Assembly: GCF_018977255.1 (NCBI RefSeq)
Contig: NW_024704743.1
Location: 107,758,001 to 107,822,000, forward strand
Length of the DNA: 64,000 nt
Reading direction: 5' to 3'
Origin: Callorhinchus milii
Taxonomy: Eukaryota
A program made the translations under genes and the position numbers. Each line of letters opens with the position of its first letter. The first letter of the stretch is position 1. Positions 13,318 through 25,085 of the stretch are shown here, in pieces. The notes under the pieces were generated by a model. That model had not been told where the DNA came from. It did not search any database and saw only the letters and a list, made by a program, of their open reading frames with translations.

Positions 13318-13691
13318 AATAATCCCTCCAAAATAAACTCACTCAATTCAAGACTGTTTGTGGGACACTGCTGTATGCAATTGGCTGCCGCAATTTGCCC
13401 ACAAAATATACAGTCATTCAATTTTACAATATATTCTGTGAAGTGCTTTGAGACATCTCAATGATGTGATCAGGTGCTATAATATGTGCAAGGATTATTA
13501 TTATTATTTCAGTAGAACCAAACGTATTGAAATCAATGCACAGTCACAAAATCACAAAGTTTACAATATATTCTGTGAAGCGCTTTGAGACATCTCAATG
13601 ATGTGATCAGGTGCTATAATAAGTGCAAGGATTATTATTATTATTAGAACCAAACGTATTGAAATCAATGCACTGTCACAAAATCACAAAG
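13318..13691 (+). mobile_element. 5'-truncated SINE whose tail plus 3' flank is tandemly duplicated
   Basis: SINE body gtttgtgggacactgctgt...; units 13423-13559 and 13560-13691 are nearly identical. Confidence 0.85.
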
Positions 13692-14059
13692 TTTCGGGAC
13701 CAACAAGGTCTGTTGCCCGAATATCCACATGACAAACCCAATGCTAACTAAACTCTGATGGGTTCAATGCAGGGCATGTACAACAAATTGCATAGAATCA
13801 GCAACAGTTCCAATATAAACCAGGGTACATCTTGACTCTAAGCCCATTGTTGGCAACCCAGTGACCAAGTTTACAGAACGTTGGCATTACACTCATTGCT
13901 GGCTTTAATTTTAACAGCAAATGGCCCATTAGAAATCCCATCGGTCCCTTTATCCCTCAGCTGATGCACTTGTAAAACTAGTAGATTTATTCCATTACAG
14001 AATAATGCCACAGATATTATTTTCAGGACCCTCATAAACACAGTACAGTAGTTCTGCAT

Positions 14060-15130
14060 GAAGAGATCAGCTCATCTGATCCTAATATTAAAAACGAGAC
14101 ATGAATCAGTGAATTACAGACCAGTTGGACTACTGCTGGTTAGTGTTGAAATTTATTGAGAGCAATTTACCATGTAATGGGCAGTCAGCAACATTAAAAC
14201 TCAGCATCAGAAAGAATAAGGTCATGCTTCATGAATCTACTGAAATTTTTAGAGGGGGCAATTAAATTGGAGCATGAGAAATATCCAATGGATATAATAT
14301 CCTTTGATTTTCAGAAGCATTTACAATGTCTGCATCCGAGGCTTCTGGAAAAAAAACACTACACATGTGAATAATGGAAAATTAGTCTTGTGGATTGAGA
14401 ATTGACTTGGTCAAAGAACCAAGAAAATTATGGTAAATGAAAATTGACTTGGATTAATCTGTTAATAATATAATCCTTGCATTTGATATAGTGCCTTAAC
14501 ACCTTGAGACTTGTATTTGATATAGCGCCTTAACACCCTTGAGATGTCTCAATGTGGTTCACAGAATATATTGTAAAGTGAATTGACTGTATATTTTGTG
14601 GACACAACGTGGCAGCCAATTGCATGCAGCAGTGATCCACAAACAGTCGTGGATTGAGTGACCGCAATTTTTAAGGGATTATCCATGTTCTGGATCATTT
14701 AATGTGTACATTGTTCATAAATAACCAGACAAAGAAGCTCTAACATTATTAGTTATGATTATTTTTTATCAAACTACTGCATGAAGCTACAAGACCAGTA
14801 CAGATGAGATCTTTAATACTTACAAGGGTCTGGACAAATTAATGAAAATAGCTAAGAAATGACCGATGAGTTTATTTTTGACAGTGCTGGGGAATTGTGT
14901 GTGATTGTTTATCATTTACTAAAGTGTCCAGACAATTCTAAACCATTATTAACAAGGGAAAATTCCCGATATGCACTTTGAGAGCATTTGATTAAAAAAA
15001 ATTAAAATCCTTTATATATTAATTGTAAGACATCACTTGAATTACTGTGTGCAATTTTGGCCAGGAGGTAGATGTGTTATAAACAATGCAGAAAAGACAC
15101 CTTACAATTACAATGGACACAAGAATTGTA
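14060..15130 (+). mobile_element. Old CR1 LINE RT relic interrupted by a SINE
   Basis: Degenerate motifs aattacagaccagt (NYRPV), tttgattttcagaagcattt (DFQKAF-like) and tgtgtgcaattttgg (CVQFW) occur in the expected order. Confidence 0.65.
14465..14680 (-). mobile_element. 5'-truncated SINE with a small internal tandem duplication
   Basis: (AAT)n-ccttgcatttgatatag tail on +; ttg.atttgatatag.gccttaacacc occurs twice. Confidence 0.8.
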
Positions 15131-16454
15131 ATCGAAAAAAATGACAAATGATAAATTCTTTATTTTACAAAGAAATTGCATACGTACATTATTGCAGCTA
15201 GAATTTTTTTTAAAGATTCTATAAAATACTGTGGTAGTTCAGCTCCAAATACTGCAACAATTAATAGTTAGATTACTAATACCTGTAATAATAACAACAA
15301 TCCTTGCATTTGATATAGTGCTTCATCACATCAAAGCATCTCAAACCCGTTCAACAAATTTTTCTGTAAATTGTAATGACTGTATTTGTAGATGAGTCCA
15401 ACAGCCAATTTGCCATAGTGATGGGCTGTAAACAGTCATAAAAGGAATGACCATTTTTTTTAACCGTAACATAACAACAAGCATATACAGTACCTGCAAA
15501 AGGGAAACTGCAGAATCAAGTTCTGGTGAAGACATAAACCGCAAATTGATCGCAGCACATTTGTCTCTATTTCTGAAGCCTAGAAATAAATAGCGACCTT
15601 GTAAACATAGGAATTCACCTTCAGCATAATGGGCTTGTGGCTGTCAGAGATAGAGCACCAGAATAAGGCTAGCAGGATGCCAGGTTGTCAATAAAAATTG
15701 ACTGAAGTATCTGGCAATGTTAATTCATGCTACCGTATTAGGAGGTTTTATTAGTTTTAAGATCAGGAAAAACTTCAAATAGGAGATAGGTTCCAAGCTT
15801 AGATTTCTATTAAATAATGTTTGAAAAGTGAGAGTTTTAGTATTTTTGTATAAGGGATCCTTTGAATAAAACCAAAATACTCAAAATGAGAACTACTGAA
15901 TTACGCAGATCAACCTTAAAGTACTCAGCCTGCAGTTACATCCTATGAAACATGCTGGGGAAAGATCATAAGCCATGAATGCCACTCAGCTTTGTGGCTG
16001 AGAAATATATTTTTTCTAGTATTTGCAAAGAACAGAGAGGATGATTGAATCATCCTTGTGCAGTACCATTGATACTCTTCATGTAGTTTCTCAATCATTG
16101 ACGCTTGCAGTATTATTTGCAGAACAGCATTCTCCAACCCTTAACATACCTCAATAAGTTGTTCAGTTCATCTTAAAAGATCTTTAAATGGTCAAAGTTA
16201 AAAATGTGTATTTCCTGCTTTGTCCCATATATGGTTTAATCTCTTTCTGCTGCTTCTCACTGGGCCATTGAAACATAATTCTACTGTGTACTGTTCCAAA
16301 CTCATATGTGGTTAAGGTTATCCAGTAAAGACAGGGGATCTCGAATGCTAGTCAAACTTGTGACTTAAGGGAATTTATCCCGGTGCCTGGCCAACAACCC
16401 CCCAAATAAAATTGGTCATTCACTTCATGGCTGGGGAATTGGAACTATATTGTC

Positions 16455-16872
16455 TTAGCTGATACTCCTACGCAGTGCTGGGAATGTGCTGTATTATCAG
16501 AGGTGCCGTCCTTCGGATGAGACATAAAACTGAGGTGCCATCTGCCTGTCCTGGAGAACATTATAAAATTTGGGAGATTGTTAGGCAGAATAGTGGGAGA
16601 AACTCCCTTCTCTTTTCGAATAGCAGTCACATGATGGCTGTTTGTGGGATATTGCTGTGTAAAAAATTGGCTGCCACGTTCATCCACAAAATGGACAATC
16701 ACATTGAGTATATTCTGTAAAGTGCTTTGACATGTCTCGACAACATCATAAGACTCCATATCAAAAGCAATATTGTTAATATTATTATTAAATCTTGTGA
16801 AGCGGTTTTAGACATCTTCCTGATGTGATAAGGAGTTCTATCAATTGCAAAGATTATTCTTTTATTATTATT
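16455..16872 (+). mobile_element. DeuSINE-like element with doubled tail
   Basis: Core gaggtgccgtccttcggatgagacataaaactgagg; two successive tgt.aag..tt..gacat...attatt tails. Confidence 0.8.
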
Positions 16873-17329
16873 AAAGCTGCACCAAGCAACTGATCACGAA
16901 AGTTACCAGACTGCCACTCCGTTGCTTACCTTTAAATGAATAAACTTTAAATTATAAGTGGAATTGAATCATATGTCTTTAAGATTCAGATAGCTTAAAA
17001 AAATCATAGCAGGCAGGTTTGCCATCCTAGTGCATGTAGCTGTGCTTACGCTATGGATTTGTATTCAGTTGGGATTAGGATGATTGAAAGTGAATGTACC
17101 GTTACATTGTTTAACCTTGCCTTTCAGCCTGAATTTAATTCATGTGCTGGACAATATAAAATATTCCTCTAAAACATCCTCTTATAATACTGACCACGTC
17201 AAGTTGCAGTCCTTTGAGCTGAATAAGTTACATAAGCAGTCATGTGCAAATTATGTAATGTTATTTTAGTTTGAATATTTCCTCTTCTCTCTTGTAGATG
17301 GTGACTCACCAGCAGCTCAGTGCTATGGG

Positions 17330-17570
17330 AACCAGCAGCCTGCAATACATTGCCGACACAGCCGTTCGTCATTTATAAGCTTAGACTGTGAGTGTCAGCA
17401 GGCTATTTGACCTTGGGTGGGGGTTGAGCATTAAATGAAGGCTGATCCTCTCTTCATTTGACAACATTACACATGCATTTTCCATCAGGAATCATTTCAT
17501 AGCAACCAGGAGCACACTCTGTGGTTAATTCGTTTTCTACCCCAAGAACACAGAGGCTGATTGTATAGTT
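17330..17570 (+). repeat. Old interspersed repeat, family not identified; related fragment at ~18470-18545
   Basis: agtgtcagcaggctatttg here versus agtgttgacaggctattt at ~18530, with similar upstream context. Confidence 0.4.
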
Positions 17571-17959
17571 TTTCAAGCTCCCGACGTGAAAGGCCCTCTA
17601 CAAATGTAATTTTGTATTGTATTATAGTTGACGTCTCAAAGCGCTTCACAGAATATATTGTGATGGATTGACTGTGTATTTGTGGGTGAACATCAGCAAG
17701 ACCGAGGCTTTTCTGCTTGGCTCATATCAGCACCTTCTCACCTCAGTACTGACCACATCGATGTACCAGATATTCAAAGCATCTCATGGGGCCTGTACAA
17801 AACCTCACCGTCCAATGTCCCTTAAGCTCTACATCACTAGAACTTCCCTACCCTCTGTAACATCATTCTTCTCTGTCACTACCTCTGCATTCACACCTTC
17901 ATCATGTACACGTTTGTCTATTCGAACACCCCGCATGCTGTACTCCACAGTTTTCCAAT

Positions 17960-18121
17960 CATTGACTGGAACAGGTTGCCTGGAAAGATAACAAAGGCAA
18001 AGACTCTGGACTCATTTAAAAAGCAGTTTGATGCTGTGATGGGGGGACAGTAGGGTGTGTGTTTTGGAAAATGAGATTGGATGGGCCCAAAGGCCTTTCT
18101 CATCCAAACCAATCTTGCGAT
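17960..18121 (+). mobile_element. 3' end of a second CR1-like family; related copies at ~31270-31425 (+), ~34280-34530 (-), ~63185-63345 (-)
   Basis: WNRLP...SFKKQFD-like end followed by a 3' UTR gatgggcccaaaggcctttctcatc...aatcttg(t/c)gat shared among the copies. Confidence 0.65.
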
Positions 18122-19082
18122 GGTAGGCAATAATAAATGGTTAATTGGTGGCTGAATAGGGGAGAAGTGTGGATGGGCAAATGTTTGCAATGAGTGGTTT
18201 GGAATAAACAGATAGGTTGGTTCTGAGTGGTTTGTGGAAGGAACGACATAAGCAGCCTCTTCTCATTCTGTGTGGATTCCACAATGACAAGTTTTCAGGA
18301 AGTTCCACAACACCCATTCAAAGTCCACAATCTTGTACTGTTAGATGTTATTGTTACTGTCGCAACTCATGCAAAATCCCGGGGTATTATTTTGTCATAA
18401 TCTCATTTTATTCCATATTTTCTCGCAAGCTCCCCTGGGCTCCAATACTGGGTTGTTCCATTGGATGCCAATTGCCCTCTGGTGCTTCACCCAAGTGGCC
18501 ATTCTTCATGTGTGAACCTTAATAGTCAGTGTTGACAGGCTATTTTATTTTTTATTTACTTCAACAAATTCCGAGTAGCAGATGTGACGATATCAACTTG
18601 TCACCCACTGCATCATTGTGCACTGTATATTTGCAAACCTGTTAAAATAATAGAGTCTGACAGGCTGATGAAATTCAACTGTTTTACTGCTTGCATTAGG
18701 GTTTTTTACTGCTTATGTGTGCTTCAACACTCGAATAGCTGCAGGATTTATATCTGTATCATATGGCATTATTTGCTTCCATTTAAGTGCTGGGAGAGGA
18801 TATATACATTTTCATTGTGGTCCAGGATTGTGAATCAGGCTTTGATTTGCAGGGTTCCCTTTCTGATACACTAGGAGCAATAGCACAGGCTCCTCTAGGT
18901 TGAATCATTCAGAAAGACCTTAGGGCCATTAACCTAACTCAATCATTTCAGTATGTTTCCTTTTAAACAGTCGAAGTGCTAGTTCACAATCCAGACCTGG
19001 ATGTGTGTATAATTTAAAAGAAGAATATAGAATTTTATAGTGTGATCTATCACTAAAAAGGGGAGTCTCTTAATAAAGATGG

Positions 19083-19455
19083 AATAATAATAATCCTTGC
19101 ATTTGATATAGCACCTTATCAAGTCTACGAGACATCTCAAAGTGCTTCACAGAATATACTGCAAAGTACTATAAATTGACTGGCTATTTTGTGGGTGAAA
19201 CACAGCAGCCAATTGCACACAGCAGTGTTGCATAAACAGTCGTGGATTGAAATGACCAATTTTTAAAAAATAATTTGAAGGAATTATTATCTCAGATAAG
19301 TGATCCGCCAATCAACGAACATCCGCCTACATACTGGCAGGTAAACAGAGGCATGCAGAGTAAGGAAACTTGCGCAGTATTTCGCCCTGGCGGAAATTGA
19401 ACCCAGGTTTCTCACTTGCGAAGCGAGTTCTCTAACCATTGAGCTACAGAACTCC
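19083..19455 (-). mobile_element. Full-length tRNA-derived SINE, long-middle subtype
   Basis: Reverse complement of the head ggagttctgtagctcaatggttagag, middle gcctctgtttacc.gccagta.gtagg, (ATT)n tail. Confidence 0.9.
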
Positions 19456-19748
19456 ACATGTAAGGAAGAGGTTGCTATTTAAAGAGATCGGCATATGGTG
19501 GAGCCTAGCTCTTCATTACAACTTATCTGTCAATAAACCTCCAGTAAAGATGGTACAAACACACAGAGTACAACAACAACTTGCATTTATACAGCAGTCT
19601 TCGCAGGTGATAGTGTCTCAGAGTTCTTGCATATTCTGAACCTTTTATCTTTTAGATGCAAAAATTGCCTCAAAGATTCACAGGTTCACAACTGCGAGGA
19701 TAAAAACTGATTGGCATGATCACATCTAAAGAGAAGTCAAGGCCAGTT

Positions 19749-20180
19749 GATAATAATAATAATCCTTGAATTTGATATAGTGCCTATCACATTGTTGAGA
19801 TGTATCAAAGCGTTTCACAGAATATACTGTAAAGTGATGTGACTGTGTATCTTGTGGGTGAATATGAGAGCCAATTTGCGCACAGCAATTTCCCACAAAC
19901 AGTCATGGAGTGAGTGACCAATTATTAATTAGGGAGATTGTTGGCCAGGACAATGGGAGAAATTCCCTTCTCTTTTTGAACAATGTCATGGGATCTTTAA
20001 TGTCGATTTGGACAGGCAGATGAGACCTCGGTTTTATGTTTCATCTGAAGGACAGGACCTCCAACAATGCAGTACACCCCTAGCACCCCACTGGAGCCTC
20101 AGCATAAGATTATACAAGTTCCAGGTCTCGATGTGGGGCTTGAAACCACATCCATCTGACTCAAAGGCAAGAATGGTACC
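19749..20180 (-). mobile_element. Near full-length DeuSINE-like element
   Basis: Reverse-complement core gggatctttaatgtc...gacctcggttttatgtttcatctgaagga, with tRNA-like head and (AAT)n tail. Confidence 0.85.
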
Positions 20181-20429
20181 AATATTCAGAGGTGAGCAGG
20201 TCAAAGCATCTAAATCCTCATGCAATGCTGAGCCTAAACAAAGTAAAAGTGAATCCTTTCTGACTGTCCTATACTGGTCTCTGTGGCAGTGTCTGCAGTA
20301 CTGAGTAACATTATAATAATCTCTGGATTCTGGAGATGTAGTTCATAGTTTAATAATATCCCAATAAAATAAGCAGCCAGTTAATTACTCTGGTTCCACA
20401 ATGTTCCAGTTAAATATATCCTGCAGGTT

Positions 20430-20888
20430 TGTTATACTTGGTGATCAGTTAAGGGTCTCGTTGATCTAATTATTTGTGATGAGAAGTTTTCCCCTCAGTC
20501 TTATTAAACGAGTCACATGGGTATAATTGCTTATGTTTTACTCCCGTGCTTATAATTGAGACTAAATACTAGAAACTCCCTTCTCAAGAGACTATATAAA
20601 AATGTGTGGAGCAGAGGGAGTTCAGCCAAGCGGAGGCACAAGGAGCGCTGTTGGAAGTCTTGAGGCTATAATTATTGTAGCTTTAAACTGGCAATTCTAT
20701 AATAAAATACCATAGTGAAATTGCCCTGTTAATGGAGCTGTTAAAGCTGCTTGGGAGGTAAATGCAGGCAATTACATTGAATTTAGTATTTTTCCACATG
20801 CAAATTTGCTCGTGGTAAATTTAATCCATCCGATACAATATCAGGTGAAATTATATAATTTTATATGGTTCAATAAGCAGAAATAACA
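20430..20888 (+). mobile_element. Probable solo LTR (459 bp)
   Basis: Termini TGTTAT...ATAACA, flanks AGGTT/AGGTA (5-bp TSD, one mismatch), TATATAAA at 20593 and AATAAA at 20701 in LTR order. Confidence 0.6.
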
Positions 20889-21151
20889 AGGTATCATTTT
20901 CAGTCATTTTTTAACCTATTCCTTGTGTTAAATAGCACGGGTAATGGATAAAGAAATACCACAGAATTTGCTCCATCATTTGTTAGTGATGAGCTGATTT
21001 TTTTNAGCAAAATAGCCTCCAAGACCAATGTTGCATCACACACTTTGAGCCTGTCGAGTGTCTCCCCCTCCCCCACACAACACAAGGATGTTGTTGGTCC
21101 TTTGACTGGAATTGGTGGTGAGAAGTGAATGCTGATGGGGCTAATGTAGTG

Positions 21152-21390
21152 TGTCAGCCTGGCTCAGTTGGTAGCACTCTCACCTCTGAGTTGGAAGGTT
21201 GTGGGATCAAACCCCAAGGTGGGACTTTAACTCAGATTATCTAAGCTAAGGAAAATTGCTGCACATAAATTGTCTGCAGTATTCATCTACAAATACACAG
21301 TCACTTCACTTAACAGTTAATCCTGTGAAGCGATGTGGGATGTCTTCCCGACAAGAAAGATGCTATACCAAATGCAAGGATTATTATAAT
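21152..21390 (+). mobile_element. Internally deleted DeuSINE-like element
   Basis: Head gtcagcctggctcagttggtagcactctc joined almost directly to the 3' tail. Confidence 0.75.
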
Positions 21391-21744
21391 ACCCCGGTCT
21401 TCTCAGAGCCTAAATCAATGAAGAAGACTTTTGATTTGCGTGCTTCTAAAATTCTCTGTAGAGCAGCTTAAAGGATTTCAACAAAGGTTGGTTCAACTGA
21501 CCGGCAAGCATTTTTTTACTGAATATATAAAAAAGTAAAAAAAAATTTTGAGCACTTTAATTAATCTAAATTCTGACGAGTTGGAAGATGAATCGTGACT
21601 CCAAGCTGCAAATAGGGGCATCTTCCAGTAGCCAAAGGTATGTCAGCCCGACCCACAGGAACTCAACGCTCAGACCTTATTACAACCTTGTGAAAGGCAA
21701 CGTGGAGAGCCACTAATGACCCACTGCCCTCTCCCCTCCCCCCC

Positions 21745-21833
21745 TGGAAGCATGAAACTCTCAGTTTGGGTTAGATACCCTTAAACATGGTGACGGGTTT
21801 CCACAGTTGTCAGACACCCAGCTGATTAAAAAA
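21745..21833 (+). repeat. 3' fragment of the unidentified poly(A)-tailed repeat (copy C)
   Basis: ctcagtttgggttagat...catggtgacgggtttcc...gtcagacacccagctgatt-A6 matches the 3' ends of copies A and B. Confidence 0.75.
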
Positions 21834-23139
21834 GATACTGTTCCTCTTTGTGGAACACATAAGATGAGCCCAGAATAGCAGAAGAACATCAGACAGATTT
21901 GTAGGAATTTGGTTCTGACAGGAGTGGAAGTGAAATTACACAAATTCATCACACTTCATGTTTTATTCCATTTTGTATGTCCCATTTTATCACACAGATC
22001 CTTTATGGTCCTTCACAGTGATTAAATGGGCAAACCCTCTGGCCACAAATAGGCCCATAACACTGTTTGAGCAGATCCCTGGGGGTTGTGGGGTGGGGGG
22101 GGAGCATGAAAGACCAAGACCCAGTTTACTTCCTAGAAATCCATTTTTTAAAACTGGTCATCCAGAGACAACCCGAGCAGAGCAGAGCATCTGACCACTT
22201 CCTGCTGAGGTTAGGCTTTCCACCTGCTTTGCAGGAAATAGGGCCCATAGTGCGTGAAGAAACTAAACAATTAATTAGAGTGAAGCAGTCACTGTGACTC
22301 TATCACCTCATGGGGTGGTGTCCCACAAAAGTCAATGGGACTTGTTCACTGCTGTATTATCCTAACCCTTTAAAGCCATATGGGAGTAATCCAACACTTG
22401 CAGTCATTATCATTGCTCCTGTTTTCTATATTATCTGCAAATGAACAGTAATTGAATAACACACTTTGTTGAGAAAGAAGTGAAGGCAATTATTAGGGGC
22501 AGGTCTCATTTGAATAATCCAGACTAGGATTGTCCACTTTCACAGGATGTGGTTCAGGTACACGGTACTGTCTGAATCATCTTTGAGGTAGATTTTAATA
22601 CCTCTCACTGTCGTACAATCTTACTTGGCCACAAAGCTTGCATAGCCCAAACTGCTGTGAGCCATTCAACTGTAGGGATTATTATCCCTCTATCTTGTCA
22701 GCTCTTTTCAGTCATTAGTAATATCACAAAATGGTTAGTGGTTGGTAAACGGTGCTCCGTGTCTGCTTTGCGTGTGAGCAGCTCTTACATCCACAAGAGC
22801 TACACAGTTGATAAGAGCAGGCAATGGAAACCACAATTTCCCGCTCACACTGTACTATAGAGCAATACTTGATGCAGCATAAAAGTTGCATTCTCTTATC
22901 CAACTGCTATTGAATTGCTCCAGTGCTAAACTATGACAAACTATATATTATAAAGCCAAATGTTGCTCATTTCAGCAAGAAATTGGTCAGAAATTGTCAC
23001 CTTAAAGCTTTACTTGTAGTGTTGGATCAACATTTTCTTTACCTTAAAAAACAAGAAATGTTTAATACTGTTTAAACGACATTCAGCATGGATTCAGTTA
23101 AGGGTGGTTACGCTTAAAGAAGCAAATAAAGTCTAGATG

Positions 23140-23315
23140 GAATGATTTTCATTTAAATGGCTTTCATGAGGAAAGGACACATTAAGGAGGTTAAAAACAT
23201 GAAAGGGTTTGGGGCGGTGTAGGCCAGTGGGATTGAAAGTACAGCTTGCTCTGAGAGCCAGTGTAGGCTCGATGGGCTGAATGGCCTCCTTCTGTACTGT
23301 TATTTTCTATGATTA
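23140..23315 (+). mobile_element. CR1-type LINE 3' end (or CR1-tailed SINE tail)
   Basis: gatgggctgaatggcctccttctgtactg...ttctatgatt terminus. Confidence 0.6.
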
Positions 23316-23487
23316 TAAATATTACCCATAGAAATAGGGATAATTAATAGTGTTATAACAGTCAATTTATTCTTTAATGTGAAAAGGAGTCTATCTTTAA
23401 CACTGCAGGTGGGACCTACTTTTTGCCCTTACTGGACTCCATGAGCTTGTTTATTTTAATGGGAGCAGCTGCTTTGGACCAACCTAA

Positions 23488-23600
23488 CAATAATAATCCT
23501 GGCATTTGATATAGCGCCTTATCACGTCATTGAGACGTCTCAAAGCGCTTCACAGAATATACTGTAAAGTGTAGTAACAGTATATTTTGTGGGCGAAACT
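23488..23600 (-). mobile_element. SINE 3' fragment
   Basis: (AAT)n-cct.gcatttgatatagcgccttatcacgtcattgagacgtctcaaagcgct. Confidence 0.8.
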
Positions 23601-24549
23601 GATCCCCAGCTGCTGTGCTCAGGAAAGTTCAGAATCAGGGAGTCCACATCAGTATTCAGCTGGGCCCAAGCTTTTTCTGGGGTCAGACAGTTCTGTCTTG
23701 CTTCCTACAATAACCACTCACTCTAAACTAAGTGGAGTCATTCCAGTTCTTCCCTGTCAAGTACATCATAGGGCGCCAAGTGTGTGGGGGATGGGGGCTG
23801 GGGCTCTTCAGTTCTCACTGAATTAAAACAGGAATCTGTAAGCTGCTGGGAGATCAAGGGTTAAGCCACATTTGGTCTGCTGTCTGGCAGCGCACTGCAT
23901 TCAACAAATAGCACGTAAATGAACGTACTGGGAACATTTGGATCTAATTTGCTGAAGTCATAAATCGTGAATCCTGCAGGTAACCAGGCTTGTCAGAGGT
24001 CAACCTGCTGGAACTCCGCTCCACGCCAATCTCACTTCCGATTTCCATGAAGTTGGACTGCTGCCAAAGGAGTCTCCTGCTGTTCAGCAGGAAATTGGTG
24101 TGGTTCGGGCGTCACAGCAGAATTCCAAAAGTTCAAGCCTCCGACACAACCGCTGGAACACGCAGGAACATTCACCAACTACAAATCAATTTGTGGCTCC
24201 TGTGTATGAGACCCCATTTTCCTTCCAAAACAAGTAGCAGGCAACTATTACAAGATAATTGCAGCGATGACATATAATCATCTGAGTAATATCCTGGCCA
24301 CTATGATTTCTCAGAGGTTGTGCCCTGGCACATCCATAGGTAGAGCACATCTATGAATCAATCAGGCGGTGACTCACACTATTCCACGTACCACATGGCC
24401 AATCCTTAATTCAGTCCCCCTCGGGGCCTCACAGAGGCAACACCAGCTCTGCACTATGCTGCACCTAATAGTAAAATCATTGCAAATATTTCATAGGAAA
24501 AATAATACTGAAATTCCAAACTCGTATTTAATAATAATCCATGAATCAT

Positions 24550-24688
24550 CTTCGACTGAGCCTTCGGCCACCCTCCTACCCTCCCTGCCCTCCACTCTCC
24601 CCGATCCCGACCCTGACCCCCAGCGCCTTGGGCCGTCCTCCCGACATGAAAGACGTTATACCAATGTAATTTTGTATTGTGTTGTATA
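24550..24688 (+). mobile_element. L2 LINE 3' end
   Basis: C-rich 3' UTR, then gcgccttggg..gtcctcccgacatgaaag...aatgtaattttgtattgtgttg. Confidence 0.75.
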
Positions 24689-25085
24689 GTGCCTTATCAT
24701 ACAGTTGAATTGCCTAAAAGCCCTTCACAGGATTTACTGTAAACTTGTCTATGAATTTATAGATGAACGCGGCAGCCAATGTACACACAGTAATGTGTCC
24801 CACAAAGGCATGAAGTGAATACCCAATTTTATTTGGGGATTGTTGGCCAGGACAGCAGCAGAAACGCCCTTCTCTTTCCGAATAGTGCCACGGGATCTTT
24901 AATGTCTACCTGAACAGGCAGATGGGACCTTGGGTTAACATCTCATCTGAAGGATTGCATTGTTGCAGGGCTCCCCCAGGATTGCACTGGAGTGTCAGCA
25001 TAGTCTGTGAGTTCTGTGATGTGGAACTTGAGCCCACTACCTCCTGACTCAAGGCAAGAGTGCTACCAACTGAACCTGACTGAAA
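24685..25085 (-). mobile_element. DeuSINE-like element, tail-to-tail with the L2 end
   Basis: aatagtgccacgggatctttaatgtc...catctcatctgaagga...gagtgctaccaactga. Confidence 0.85.
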
